Made by a program: the position numbers and the translations under genes
UHGV virus genome: UHGV-0091736
Length of the DNA stretch: 64,000 nt
Direction: 5' to 3' (one strand)
Source: a virus
Notes under the pieces: generated by a model
Seen by the model: the letters and a program-made list of their open reading frames with translations, nothing else
What the model was told of the DNA's origin: nothing
Database searches by the model: none
In this document: one piece after another, positions 26,357-33,746 of the stretch
Layout: the number at the start of each line of letters is the position of its first letter
How positions within the stretch are numbered: position 1 is the first letter of the stretch

Positions 26357-26668
26357 CTATTTAAGTTTGAGGCTAATGTTAAGGTGCATACATGCCCTGT
26401 TCTGTACAGCAGCATAACTTCTACCGAGCATGTCAGCCATTCTCTGAATAGACATGAACCCAGCATTACGGATAAGGAACTGGTCTTCTTCTTTAGACCA
26501 CTTAACTCGGATTGAAGCTCTTGATATTCCGAATTTAGTACAAGCTGTGTTAACTGCATTCTCCGTTACATTCATAATCTGAGCAACTTCTTGAACCGAG
26601 TACTCTTTGATTAGTCTCCGAAGATTTTCAATCTGCATCGGAGTCCATATAGTTCTTCGAGCTTTCAT
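26357..26668 (-). CDS. DNA-binding protein with two tandem Myb/SANT- or sigma-region-4-like HTH repeats
   Basis: Internal duplication: WTPMQIENLRRLIKEYSVQEVAQIMNVTENAV / WSKEEDQFLIRNAGFMSIQRMADMLGRSYAAV. Confidence 0.55.
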   Translation of the reverse strand: MKARRTIWTPMQIENLRRLIKEYSVQEVAQIMNVTENAVNTACTKFGISRASIRVKWSKEEDQFLIRNAGFMSIQRMADMLGRSYAAVQNRACMHLNISLKLK

Positions 26669-26688
26669 ACATCCTCCAATTAAACATT

Positions 26689-26718
26689 TATATAAGACTT
26701 GCTTAGATAAAGATTCAA
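26689..26718 (-). promoter_or_regulatory. putative sigma70 promoter (TTGAAT-N17/18-TATATA)
   Basis: Read on the minus strand, upstream of the 26668 start. Confidence 0.4.
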
Positions 26719-26983
26719 TAAAATAGGGGGAGGGGACGAATCCTCCCTTATCCTATTAGTCAATATTGCATGTAAGATCTAACAATCGGTTGCCTTTGTA
26801 GGAATAAGCGTTATGCTAATCCAGCACTAAACTCCCGCCCCCTTAGTGGGCTGGGTTATTAAAGGGTAACGCCCTTATGGGCTAGTTACATGAATGTTAG
26901 TTTGATAGGAGATCTGAAGTCCTATCTCAAAGGACTCTCGTAAGAATCCTTCACGATAGTCACGCTTTGAGCGTGGTAGCTCC

Positions 26984-27205
26984 TTAGTAAACTAAACCTA
27001 CAGCCTTAGCATCAGGCTGAGGGACCACCTTTGCGCTAGGGCGATAACCATCCACTGAACCATTCCAAAGATTGACACAGGTGATATATCCATCGTTTAT
27101 GATGTCTGTTTTAATCCAGAAGTGTTTATCATGACCAAAAATACTTCCGTTTGGCAGTGTGGACAGCTCAACGGTTTTAAGTGACTGCTTAGAGTCTAGT
27201 TTCAT
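26984..27205 (-). CDS. small-protein family member (73 aa)
   Basis: ..LSTLPNGSIFGH..FWIKTD..VNLWNGS.. Confidence 0.55.
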   Translation of the reverse strand: MKLDSKQSLKTVELSTLPNGSIFGHDKHFWIKTDIINDGYITCVNLWNGSVDGYRPSAKVVPQPDAKAVGLVY

Positions 27206-27212
27206 AATAACC

Positions 27213-27461
27213 TCAATCGTCGTAGCATGTATCCCAATACATGTAGTTAACGTACGTTCTCGGTTTGAGTCCGTACATGATAAAGTGAGTCTTCTTAATT
27301 CTTTCCTTCAAGGTATAATAAAGACCATCACTGAAGTTACCAATCTTTACTTGGAAGCGTAAGGAGCGAGCATCCATTCGAAGCATAGAGATTAGCTGTA
27401 CTCTACTGCCCCCAGCCATCTCTTCCAGAAGCTTCTTTGTGTTCCAATAATGAGCTGTCAT
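27213..27461 (-). CDS. hypothetical protein (82 aa from ATG at 27461)
   Basis: AAGGAG RBS before the internal ATG. The ORF track start at 27518 overlaps the upstream gene. Confidence 0.45.
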   Translation of the reverse strand: MTAHYWNTKKLLEEMAGGSRVQLISMLRMDARSLRFQVKIGNFSDGLYYTLKERIKKTHFIMYGLKPRTYVNYMYWDTCYDD

Positions 27462-27462
27462 A

Positions 27463-27762
27463 TTACCACTCCTTACCGGTTGTAATCGTAGAACCACCAC
27501 ACCATAAGGCTGTATCAATCACAACATTGTCTGGCGTAGACTTCTCTTCATTGATAGAAGGATTAGCATTAGAACAGGTTGCTCCGTTCCATCGCATATC
27601 AATTTCACCAGAAGGAACCTTCTCACCCTTATGCCAGCGAGATACACAAATACCATCCACTGCTACTGCACACCATCCATCAGGACGGCTCTGTACGCAG
27701 CCTGTAAGGGCCACACAGACAAGGAAGATACAGATTAAGGATATTACACCACCCCAACTCAT
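27463..27762 (-). CDS. putative lipoprotein (Cys-rich, 99 aa)
   Basis: Signal peptide plus lipobox LTGC: MSWGGVISLICIFLVCVALTG|C. Confidence 0.6.
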   Translation of the reverse strand: MSWGGVISLICIFLVCVALTGCVQSRPDGWCAVAVDGICVSRWHKGEKVPSGEIDMRWNGATCSNANPSINEEKSTPDNVVIDTALWCGGSTITTGKEW

Positions 27763-27781
27763 AACTACCTCCTATTTGATT

Positions 27782-27858
27782 TGGCGCACCGTGTAGGACT
27801 CCAACCTACAACCTATTTCTTAGAAGGAAATTGCTCTCTGCAATTGAGCTAACGGCGC
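27782..27858 (-). tRNA. tRNA-Arg (anticodon UCU), CCA encoded
   Basis: Hand-folded cloverleaf: GCGCCGT/ACGGTGC acceptor, GCTC/GAGC D stem, ATTTC-CTTCTAA-GAAAT anticodon arm, GTAGG-TTGGAGT-CCTAC T arm, G, CCA. 77 nt. Confidence 0.85.
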
Positions 27859-27867
27859 TTATTTCAG

Positions 27868-28032
27868 TTAGATCATATCTCGCTTTTTGATACGACCACA
27901 TATTTTACATCGAAGTATATAACGAGTTCCAGTACCTTCCAGACTACCAAAAACTCCATATTTTCTTAAAGGGTTAGATTTGATTATCTCCCATTCGTGG
28001 AGATGGAAGAGATGTTTAAACCACTTGAACAC
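27868..28032 (-). CDS. small hypothetical protein (about 54 aa, GTG start) with HxH/CxxC
   Basis: GAGG 6 nt before the GTG. The ORF track version (to 28092) overlaps the upstream gene. Confidence 0.35.
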   Translation of the reverse strand: MFKWFKHLFHLHEWEIIKSNPLRKYGVFGSLEGTGTRYILRCKICGRIKKRDMI

Positions 28033-28039
28033 ATTAACC

Positions 28040-28291
28040 TCAAGCACAAGCAGGGAGAGTGATGATTTTATACCGACCTTCAAACTCTCCAAACAAACCT
28101 AAGAATGTAGGACTGTAAGTTCCAGTGCAAACAAACTCATCAAACAACTCATTATAGCTAGGCTTAATTTTCCAAGCCCATACATAACCCATCTTGTCAA
28201 TTGCAATGTAACGGGTGTTCAGAGGAACAGTCATCATTACACCATCAACTTCGATCACTTTAGTTATTGGTGCAGCTTGGAAGTTTTTCAT
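28040..28291 (-). CDS. hypothetical protein (83 aa)
   Basis: An internal ATG after the upstream stop is preferred (ATGA overlap). Confidence 0.45.
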   Translation of the reverse strand: MKNFQAAPITKVIEVDGVMMTVPLNTRYIAIDKMGYVWAWKIKPSYNELFDEFVCTGTYSPTFLGLFGEFEGRYKIITLPACA

Positions 28292-28512
28292 CCTACTCTC
28301 CTGACGTTTAGGGTAGCTTGATAAAATTTGACAGGACAACTTCTATCAAATGTAAATCTTGTTTCAGGGTTATTTATACAGATAGCATGTCTGTGCATAA
28401 CCTTCATATATAAAGGAGGTTTTGTATCCCCGTCTATCTCTAGAGAGAATACATCACCATTGCGGAGGCTGCCAAAAGTGTTATCTTTAGGCTCAGAGCG
28501 AACGATAATCAT
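28288..28512 (-). CDS. small-protein family member (74 aa)
   Basis: ..FGSLRNGDVFSL..LYMKV.. Confidence 0.55.
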   Translation of the reverse strand: MIIVRSEPKDNTFGSLRNGDVFSLEIDGDTKPPLYMKVMHRHAICINNPETRFTFDRSCPVKFYQATLNVRRVG

Positions 28513-28685
28513 ACTTTACCTTTAATGAAAATATCATTACCACAGACACAGCATGAACGAACAACAGTAGCGCCACGCTGAACAATACGAACCTCTTCCT
28601 TAATCAGACTAATACGAGCACCGCAGCAAGGGGAGTTGACATAAGAGTAACCAGCTTGCGTATGTTTGATTGTTTGCTTAGACAT
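28509..28685 (-). CDS. small zinc-ribbon protein (58 aa)
   Basis: Hand-translated MSKQTIKHTQ..SPCCGAR..SCCVCGN... ATGA overlap with the next gene. Confidence 0.45.
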   Translation of the reverse strand: MSKQTIKHTQAGYSYVNSPCCGARISLIKEEVRIVQRGATVVRSCCVCGNDIFIKGKV

Positions 28686-28784
28686 TTTAGCTTCCTCTTG
28701 TTAGTTTAGGTAAACCACCCCCCAATCACTGCTACACTCATTCATGTGGAATGCAGATGGGAAAAGCAATTAAAGGTGATTTAC

Positions 28785-28817
28785 CTAAAACAACAAAGGC
28801 CACCCGATTGGGCAGCC
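28785..28817 (-). terminator. Rho-independent terminator (minus)
   Basis: GGCUGCCC-AAUC-GGGUGGCC then UUUGUUGUUUU. Two positions are G.U only on the minus strand. Confidence 0.55.
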
Positions 28818-28823
28818 TTTTAT

Positions 28824-29075
28824 TTATCGATTTACTTCACGAAGTAAGATAACCTGTAAGTATGTATCATCTGCATTTGACAGAAATGCAAAGTACAACT
28901 CTTTTGCTGTATCTATTGAGCAATTAAGACATTTGGATATCTGAAGAAGCTGGATACTTCGTTCAGTGTTATCCAGAATAGCAATGCGAATAATTTCTCG
29001 CATACCGATTACATGGGTATTTTTAACCTTCATAGGTCCAATTGCCTTGCTTGTTACGGATGGCTGACATTGCAT
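28824..29075 (-). CDS. hypothetical protein (start uncertain)
   Basis: ORF track. A 46-codon ORF from 29163 overlaps it in another frame. Confidence 0.35.
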   Translation of the reverse strand: MQCQPSVTSKAIGPMKVKNTHVIGMREIIRIAILDNTERSIQLLQISKCLNCSIDTAKELYFAFLSNADDTYLQVILLREVNR

Positions 29076-29521
29076 GAATCCAGAAGCCTTCCAGTTTCAG
29101 AGCACCGTTAGCTACTGCATCCATACGTTCAGGGCGGTTCATACGTTTGGTTGATACTTTCATACCTATCTCTCTTTGTTAGTGGAGGCATTATTGCCAG
29201 TTGATATAAGGGATAGCCCTAGTCAGGAGACTAATTCTGACCGCGTACTCATTGCCGACCTTCTCTGCCTAAGAGTTCAGGTTCTAGAGCTATCTCTTAT
29301 TCCAACTGGTGAAGACTTCCTACCCCTAGGAAGCCTCCTGAATCCCAAACCAATACGTACCCCTACATATCGGAAAGTCTTTCGAAAATTAACAGGTTTT
29401 AGTCTAACACCGGATGTTCGAGCAAGCTCTCCCTAGCGGTGTGGCATATGCCTGAATTAATAAGTTAATGAGGAACACCCTCACATAGCCCTCTGATAAA
29501 CACAAGGGCTATAAGTCGATG

Positions 29522-29740
29522 TTACTTTTGAGTCAAATACAAATCAGGACGAGGCATAACAGTGGTTGATGGATTGAAGTTACCAACATAACCGGTGCTT
29601 AGATTAGCAGCCCTACGTAGTCCATTAGAGAGGTCATCATCCAGCATCAGCCAGAATTTTTGATCATAAGAGAAAACATCACCACTCTTAACATCTTCCA
29701 CAGTTGCATATTTAGGAGTATCAACTACTTTAATTTCCAT
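29522..29740 (-). CDS. small-protein family member (72 aa)
   Basis: ..VEDVKSGDVFSY..FWLMLD..ANLSTGY.. Confidence 0.55.
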   Translation of the reverse strand: MEIKVVDTPKYATVEDVKSGDVFSYDQKFWLMLDDDLSNGLRRAANLSTGYVGNFNPSTTVMPRPDLYLTQK

Positions 29741-29998
29741 TTACTTACCTTTATTAGTAATAACAACGTCATGAAGAAGAACAACCTTGCTCTTCGAGCT
29801 GAGCTTAATGACTTGTTTGTTTGTTAGACTGAGAACGACACAACCACCATCAGAAGGTTTGGTCTCCTCGATCTGCGATTTAAACAGTTGAACAACCATG
29901 TAGAAATCTGCTCGTGTTTCCCTGATTTGGAATACATCTCCAAGTTCAAGATCACCAACACACAAAGATGGTTCGTTTACCTTCAAATCAATCTTCAT
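29741..29998 (-). CDS. small-protein family member (85 aa)
   Basis: ..VGDLELGDVFQI..FYMVV.. Confidence 0.55.
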   Translation of the reverse strand: MKIDLKVNEPSLCVGDLELGDVFQIRETRADFYMVVQLFKSQIEETKPSDGGCVVLSLTNKQVIKLSSKSKVVLLHDVVITNKGK

Positions 29999-30224
29999 CT
30001 TTAACCTCTATGTTAGTTATGTGGAGATCACTGCGTACTTGGCAAACTTCATCACGATCAAAAGGGATAACCTTTCCAGTGACCACATTAACACAATTTA
30101 CACCATTTTCTGCGTATCGTGTGTCGGTTCTAATGTAAAGAGTGTCTTTACGCTCAAACAGAACCCCCGGCTTCATGTTATTTAATCGAATCATCGTACG
30201 ATCAGATTTAATATTAACTTTCAC
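29988..30224 (-). CDS. small-protein family member (78 aa)
   Basis: ..LNNMKPGVLFER..LYIRTD..VNVVTGK.. Confidence 0.55.
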   Translation of the reverse strand: MKVNIKSDRTMIRLNNMKPGVLFERKDTLYIRTDTRYAENGVNCVNVVTGKVIPFDRDEVCQVRSDLHITNIEVKDED

Positions 30225-30226
30225 TG

Positions 30227-30487
30227 TTAATCCACCTTATCAGTAAGTCGAGCATTGTTAATCTTCTTAACAATCACACTATGTCGATCTGCTGAGATCA
30301 CACCGTTTGAGAGGTTCATGTAGTTTCTACAACCATCTGATTTGTTAAATCTACAGGAAGCCATGTAAAAATCATCAGAGTTCACAAGGAATTGGAACAC
30401 ATCACCTGAATCGAGATCCCCAAGAGTTAGCTTCTTTGGTGGATGGTTCATGTCAATTATCACTGTTAATCTCCTGCTGCTTAGCAA
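30227..30487 (-). CDS. small-protein family member (86 aa)
   Basis: ..LGDLDSGDVFQF..FYMAS..MNLSNGV.. Confidence 0.55.
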   Translation of the reverse strand: MLSSRRLTVIIDMNHPPKKLTLGDLDSGDVFQFLVNSDDFYMASCRFNKSDGCRNYMNLSNGVISADRHSVIVKKINNARLTDKVD

Positions 30488-30749
30488 TAGCTACTCGCAA
30501 GTCTTCATTAGCACGAGCAAGGCGCAACACTTCATGATTGAGATTCTGAAGACGCTTGTTTCTGTCCTCTACTTGCATAATAAGATCGTTGAGTGTTACT
30601 TTAACTTTCTCATTATACATCTCATCCACTCGGACTAGGGATTTATACATTCTCTCCCAGCTTGCTGCTTTGTTTCTGAGAACAATAAATCCTATAACGC
30701 TGATAGTTAAACAGCTTACAAAAAGGAATTTATATACTTCTAAAGTCAT
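30453..30749 (-). CDS. membrane-anchored coiled-coil protein (98 aa)
   Basis: N-terminal hydrophobic helix FLFVSCLTISVIGFIVL followed by a heptad-rich region. Confidence 0.5.
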   Translation of the reverse strand: MTLEVYKFLFVSCLTISVIGFIVLRNKAASWERMYKSLVRVDEMYNEKVKVTLNDLIMQVEDRNKRLQNLNHEVLRLARANEDLRVAIAKQQEINSDN

Positions 30750-30949
30750 ATCATTTTACCCTTTATCAGAGATTAAAAGTAATATTATTTAAGTAAGTTA
30801 TATTTAGTAAACTTATTTTCTAAGAAATTTTCAAAGGGTCTATATACAGAGCATTACCCATAGTCCCAGAATACTACCATCTTTTTCAATAAATTTACTA
30901 AGTGGTTGGTTTATAAAGGAATTTAGTTTGTCAAATCTGGCACTAGTGA

Positions 30950-31339
30950 TTATTCCCTAGAGCTATTATCGAACACTAAATCACCACAATACATAGGATT
31001 GGCATACCATTTTGGCACCCCTTCGCTCTTACTCTGAAAGTAAGTCCCACTGTACAGCGGAACATAATTCTTCTTAAGGGCACGTTTAGCTAGCCTCTCG
31101 CTTTCTCCAATGGCTTGCTTAGTCATCGGATTTTTATCACGAATCAGCTTTACATAACGTTTATAAGGTTTCTCCTGTTTTAATAGTACCGGAATCCACT
31201 CAAACTGGTTCTTTTGTCTTATCACCTGTTCAGCGGTCAGTTTTCGTTGAGCCATTCTATTTATCACGGTATCCGCAACTAAAGCCTTACATGCGGTTGG
31301 CTGATTCCCTGCCTCATAATAAATAGTCAATGTCAACAT
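30950..31339 (-). CDS. SleB-like cell-wall hydrolase (Hydrolase_2-type)
   Basis: LTIYYEAGNQP..VADTVINRM..KNQFEW.. pattern. Confidence 0.6.
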   Translation of the reverse strand: MLTLTIYYEAGNQPTACKALVADTVINRMAQRKLTAEQVIRQKNQFEWIPVLLKQEKPYKRYVKLIRDKNPMTKQAIGESERLAKRALKKNYVPLYSGTYFQSKSEGVPKWYANPMYCGDLVFDNSSRE

Positions 31340-31384
31340 TAGCTGTGCCGTTGTTATCAGAACTTGATACCTCCTGTTTTACGG

Positions 31385-31413
31385 GCATAAAAAAGCCCCA
31401 GCCGTAGCCGGGG
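31385..31413 (-). terminator. Rho-independent terminator (minus)
   Basis: ACCCCGGC-UACG-GCUGGGGC then UUUUUUAU. Confidence 0.6.
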
Positions 31414-31473
31414 TAAACCTGAAAGCAACACATGACCGTTGCTATAAATACACTCGTAAATGCACTTATAGCA

Positions 31474-31499
31474 ACGCAAAAAGCCGCTCAAAGGCGGCT
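31474..31499 (-). terminator. Rho-independent terminator (minus)
   Basis: AGCCGC-CUUUGA-GCGGCU then UUUUGCGUU. Confidence 0.55.
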
Positions 31500-31579
31500 A
31501 TGCGGAAGCTTCAAATGGGAAGAGGGCACGACGCGACAGAAAGAGCGTCATAGTACTAAAAGAGGGGGATATATTCCTA

Positions 31580-32023
31580 CTACTTAACTCTTGCCTCTTT
31601 GATAGGGTCAATGTATTTCCCAACACCCCACTTGTGTTTACTATCTGCGTAGAAAACATCAGGTGCACACTGGCTTGTCTTAGGGAAAGCCTGCGGGTCT
31701 TTCGTGCTACCCTTAAACTTCTGTTTACCACGGGTGCGACCATTACAGAAGATTTCTAACTTCTTCTCTTCTTCTGTTTTAGCGCCCCCGCTCTGTAACA
31801 AAGAACGTTTATGATCAGCTAACAACAACGCATCAGCACGATGGACACGATGGCCTACACGTTTTGCCACACTAGAAGGGATATGAGATTCAGCTTCAGC
31901 CTTTGCAGCACGACGTTTTAAACTGCGCTTGCTGACGTGATTGGTTGCCTTTGGCTTCTCTTTCTCCAGTTCAGAGATAGAAAAACAACGCCCGCCCTTC
32001 ATGCTGATTTTAGATTTAGCCAC
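31580..32023 (-). CDS. highly basic hypothetical protein (147 aa)
   Basis: ORF track; K/R-rich. Confidence 0.55.
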   Translation of the reverse strand: MAKSKISMKGGRCFSISELEKEKPKATNHVSKRSLKRRAAKAEAESHIPSSVAKRVGHRVHRADALLLADHKRSLLQSGGAKTEEEKKLEIFCNGRTRGKQKFKGSTKDPQAFPKTSQCAPDVFYADSKHKWGVGKYIDPIKEARVK

Positions 32024-32092
32024 AATCTTATTCCTTTCAGTGATAAGTTATATCGGGCAAGCCCATCAAGGCGATAGGCTTGAACAAATAAC

Positions 32093-32302
32093 TTAATCGA
32101 GTAAACTAAATGACTTCCAACTGCGTAGCAGGATTGTACCGTCATCCATAGTCACACACAGCTTTAGTAGTTTCTTATTAGCACTGCTTACTGTTGTAAT
32201 TCGTCCGATTGTGCATTTACCCTTATTACTATAAAGATACACTACACGACGACCTAACAAACGAGAGGGAGCTTTCTTAAACTCTGAAAGATTAGTGATC
32301 AT
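32093..32302 (-). CDS. hypothetical protein (69 aa)
   Basis: ORF track. Confidence 0.5.
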   Translation of the reverse strand: MITNLSEFKKAPSRLLGRRVVYLYSNKGKCTIGRITTVSSANKKLLKLCVTMDDGTILLRSWKSFSLLD

Positions 32303-32520
32303 TATCCGTAAAACTCCAAATGGTTAGCACGTTTATCTTTAAAGTAGGAGCATTCGATACCCCTTGCTTTTATCTCTTCTTTGCGCTGGTTAGTATGTAC
32401 AGTATCCCAATGCTCACTATTACGTCGGCGCTGTAGTATCTTACTACATTTGCGATGGTTTCCGGTGCTGCGATGTTTCTCACAAATAGGACACTTACCA
32501 AAATTACTACTGAATATCAT
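32302..32520 (-). CDS. small zinc-finger protein (72 aa)
   Basis: CPICEKH..H..C. Confidence 0.5.
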   Translation of the reverse strand: MIFSSNFGKCPICEKHRSTGNHRKCSKILQRRRNSEHWDTVHTNQRKEEIKARGIECSYFKDKRANHLEFYG

Positions 32521-32744
32521 TTTCTCAATCCTAGCTTACGTAATACACGGCCCAAAATTGTTTCTTGCGTGATGATATAACTAATCGCTTCACGTTCTAA
32601 CGTCTCAATTTTCATTGGCGACGGATACCATTCACCGGTAAGAATACACTTACATTCAACGCCATACTTTTTAGACAGGCGGTAATGTTGACCGTTACGA
32701 AGGTTTCTGTAGATCGTGGTATGTGTAGTTAACATAATCATCAC
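32517..32744 (-). CDS. hypothetical protein (75 aa)
   Basis: ORF track. Confidence 0.5.
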   Translation of the reverse strand: MMIMLTTHTTIYRNLRNGQHYRLSKKYGVECKCILTGEWYPSPMKIETLEREAISYIITQETILGRVLRKLGLRK

Positions 32745-32789
32745 CTTTGATTAGATTCTTTGATGAGCACACTGAATCAATGCACTGAT

Positions 32790-32824
32790 AAAAGAAAAGG
32801 CGCTACCCGTTAAGATAGCGCCTT
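32790..32824 (-). terminator. Rho-independent terminator (minus; symmetric hairpin)
   Basis: AAGGCGCUA-N10-UAGCGCCUU then UUCUUUU. Confidence 0.6.
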
Positions 32825-32846
32825 ATATTTATTCAAATTGTCTTAC

Positions 32847-33746
32847 TTATGCCGCTTGACGTGCTGCCATAATCTCAGCTGCCTTGCGTAATACTTCTTC
32901 TTCTTCTGCTTTCGCCGCTTGTTCAGTACGGGTAGCAACCGTTGAAGAGATACGACCGCGCAGGTTATCTAACTTCTCCTGCATAGCTGAAACAGCTTTT
33001 TCCATTTCATCAGCATAGGAGTCTAGAGATTCCAGTTCCTTGCTTGATGCGTTCATCAGATAATCATCGGAGATCGCTACCGTTGAAGCCGTAACTTTCT
33101 TGATGAGTGAGTCGAAAGACTTTTTAACCTTCCCAACTTCTTCACTCAAGGCAATAGTGTTATCGCTAGTTGCGCCGTTGCGCTCATCTGCCAGCAATTT
33201 AGATTCAATACGGATGGCATTCAAGCGTTCAACCAAAGCGTAAATATCTTGGTTAAAATCTTCCTTGTTTTTCGCCGGAATTTGCAGGTGTGCCGCCACG
33301 TTGTCATTGCAACCTTTGTAGAAGTTAGGATTATCCACTTCAATTGCACGACCTAAAGCAAAGTTTTCGAAAGCATTTGACCAGCGAGCGCGGTTTTGTT
33401 CCATTTTGGTTTTAATTTGCGCTTCTTTCGCATCTTCTTTCGCTTTCGCTTCACCTTCCAGATTAATCCACTTCTTACGACCGTTCGCCGCATCAGTGTT
33501 AAACTTGATAGGAGTTAAGAAAGTGATCGCGGTAGAAATAACATCCATATCGCGGAAACGTTCAGTTAACAGAAAATCAACAGCCGCTTGTAATACGTCC
33601 AGCTTCTTACCGTTGCTGCGGAAGTGCTGTAAGTGCCCTAACAGGAAGTTAGAAACATCTTGCTTAATCGCTGCGTTATTGCTGCGGATGTTGTTAGCCA
33701 GAGCGTTAAAACCAGATTCGTTAACCAGATTAAAGATTTTAGCCAT
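32847..33746 (-). CDS. hypothetical helical protein (299 aa); first gene after the long leader
   Basis: AAGGTG SD 7 nt before the ATG at 33746. The ORF track GTG at 33755 lies inside the SD. Confidence 0.6.
   Translation of the reverse strand: MAKIFNLVNESGFNALANNIRSNNAAIKQDVSNFLLGHLQHFRSNGKKLDVLQAAVDFLLTERFRDMDVISTAITFLTPIKFNTDAANGRKKWINLEGEAKAKEDAKEAQIKTKMEQNRARWSNAFENFALGRAIEVDNPNFYKGCNDNVAAHLQIPAKNKEDFNQDIYALVERLNAIRIESKLLADERNGATSDNTIALSEEVGKVKKSFDSLIKKVTASTVAISDDYLMNASSKELESLDSYADEMEKAVSAMQEKLDNLRGRISSTVATRTEQAAKAEEEEVLRKAAEIMAARQAA

Noticed and set aside
29176-29436. 86-aa plus-strand ORF, and a possible tRNA or intron core, in the 29.1-29.5 kb gap
   Set aside because: The ORF is on the wrong strand for the arm and has no RBS. 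I could not fold a cloverleaf (no acceptor/T-arm pairing) or find P7 R/S boxes.
31498-31743. 81-aa minus ORF overlapping the 3' end of gene 31580-32023 and the downstream terminators
   Set aside because: It is in an alternative frame of a better-supported gene and runs through a non-coding terminator region.
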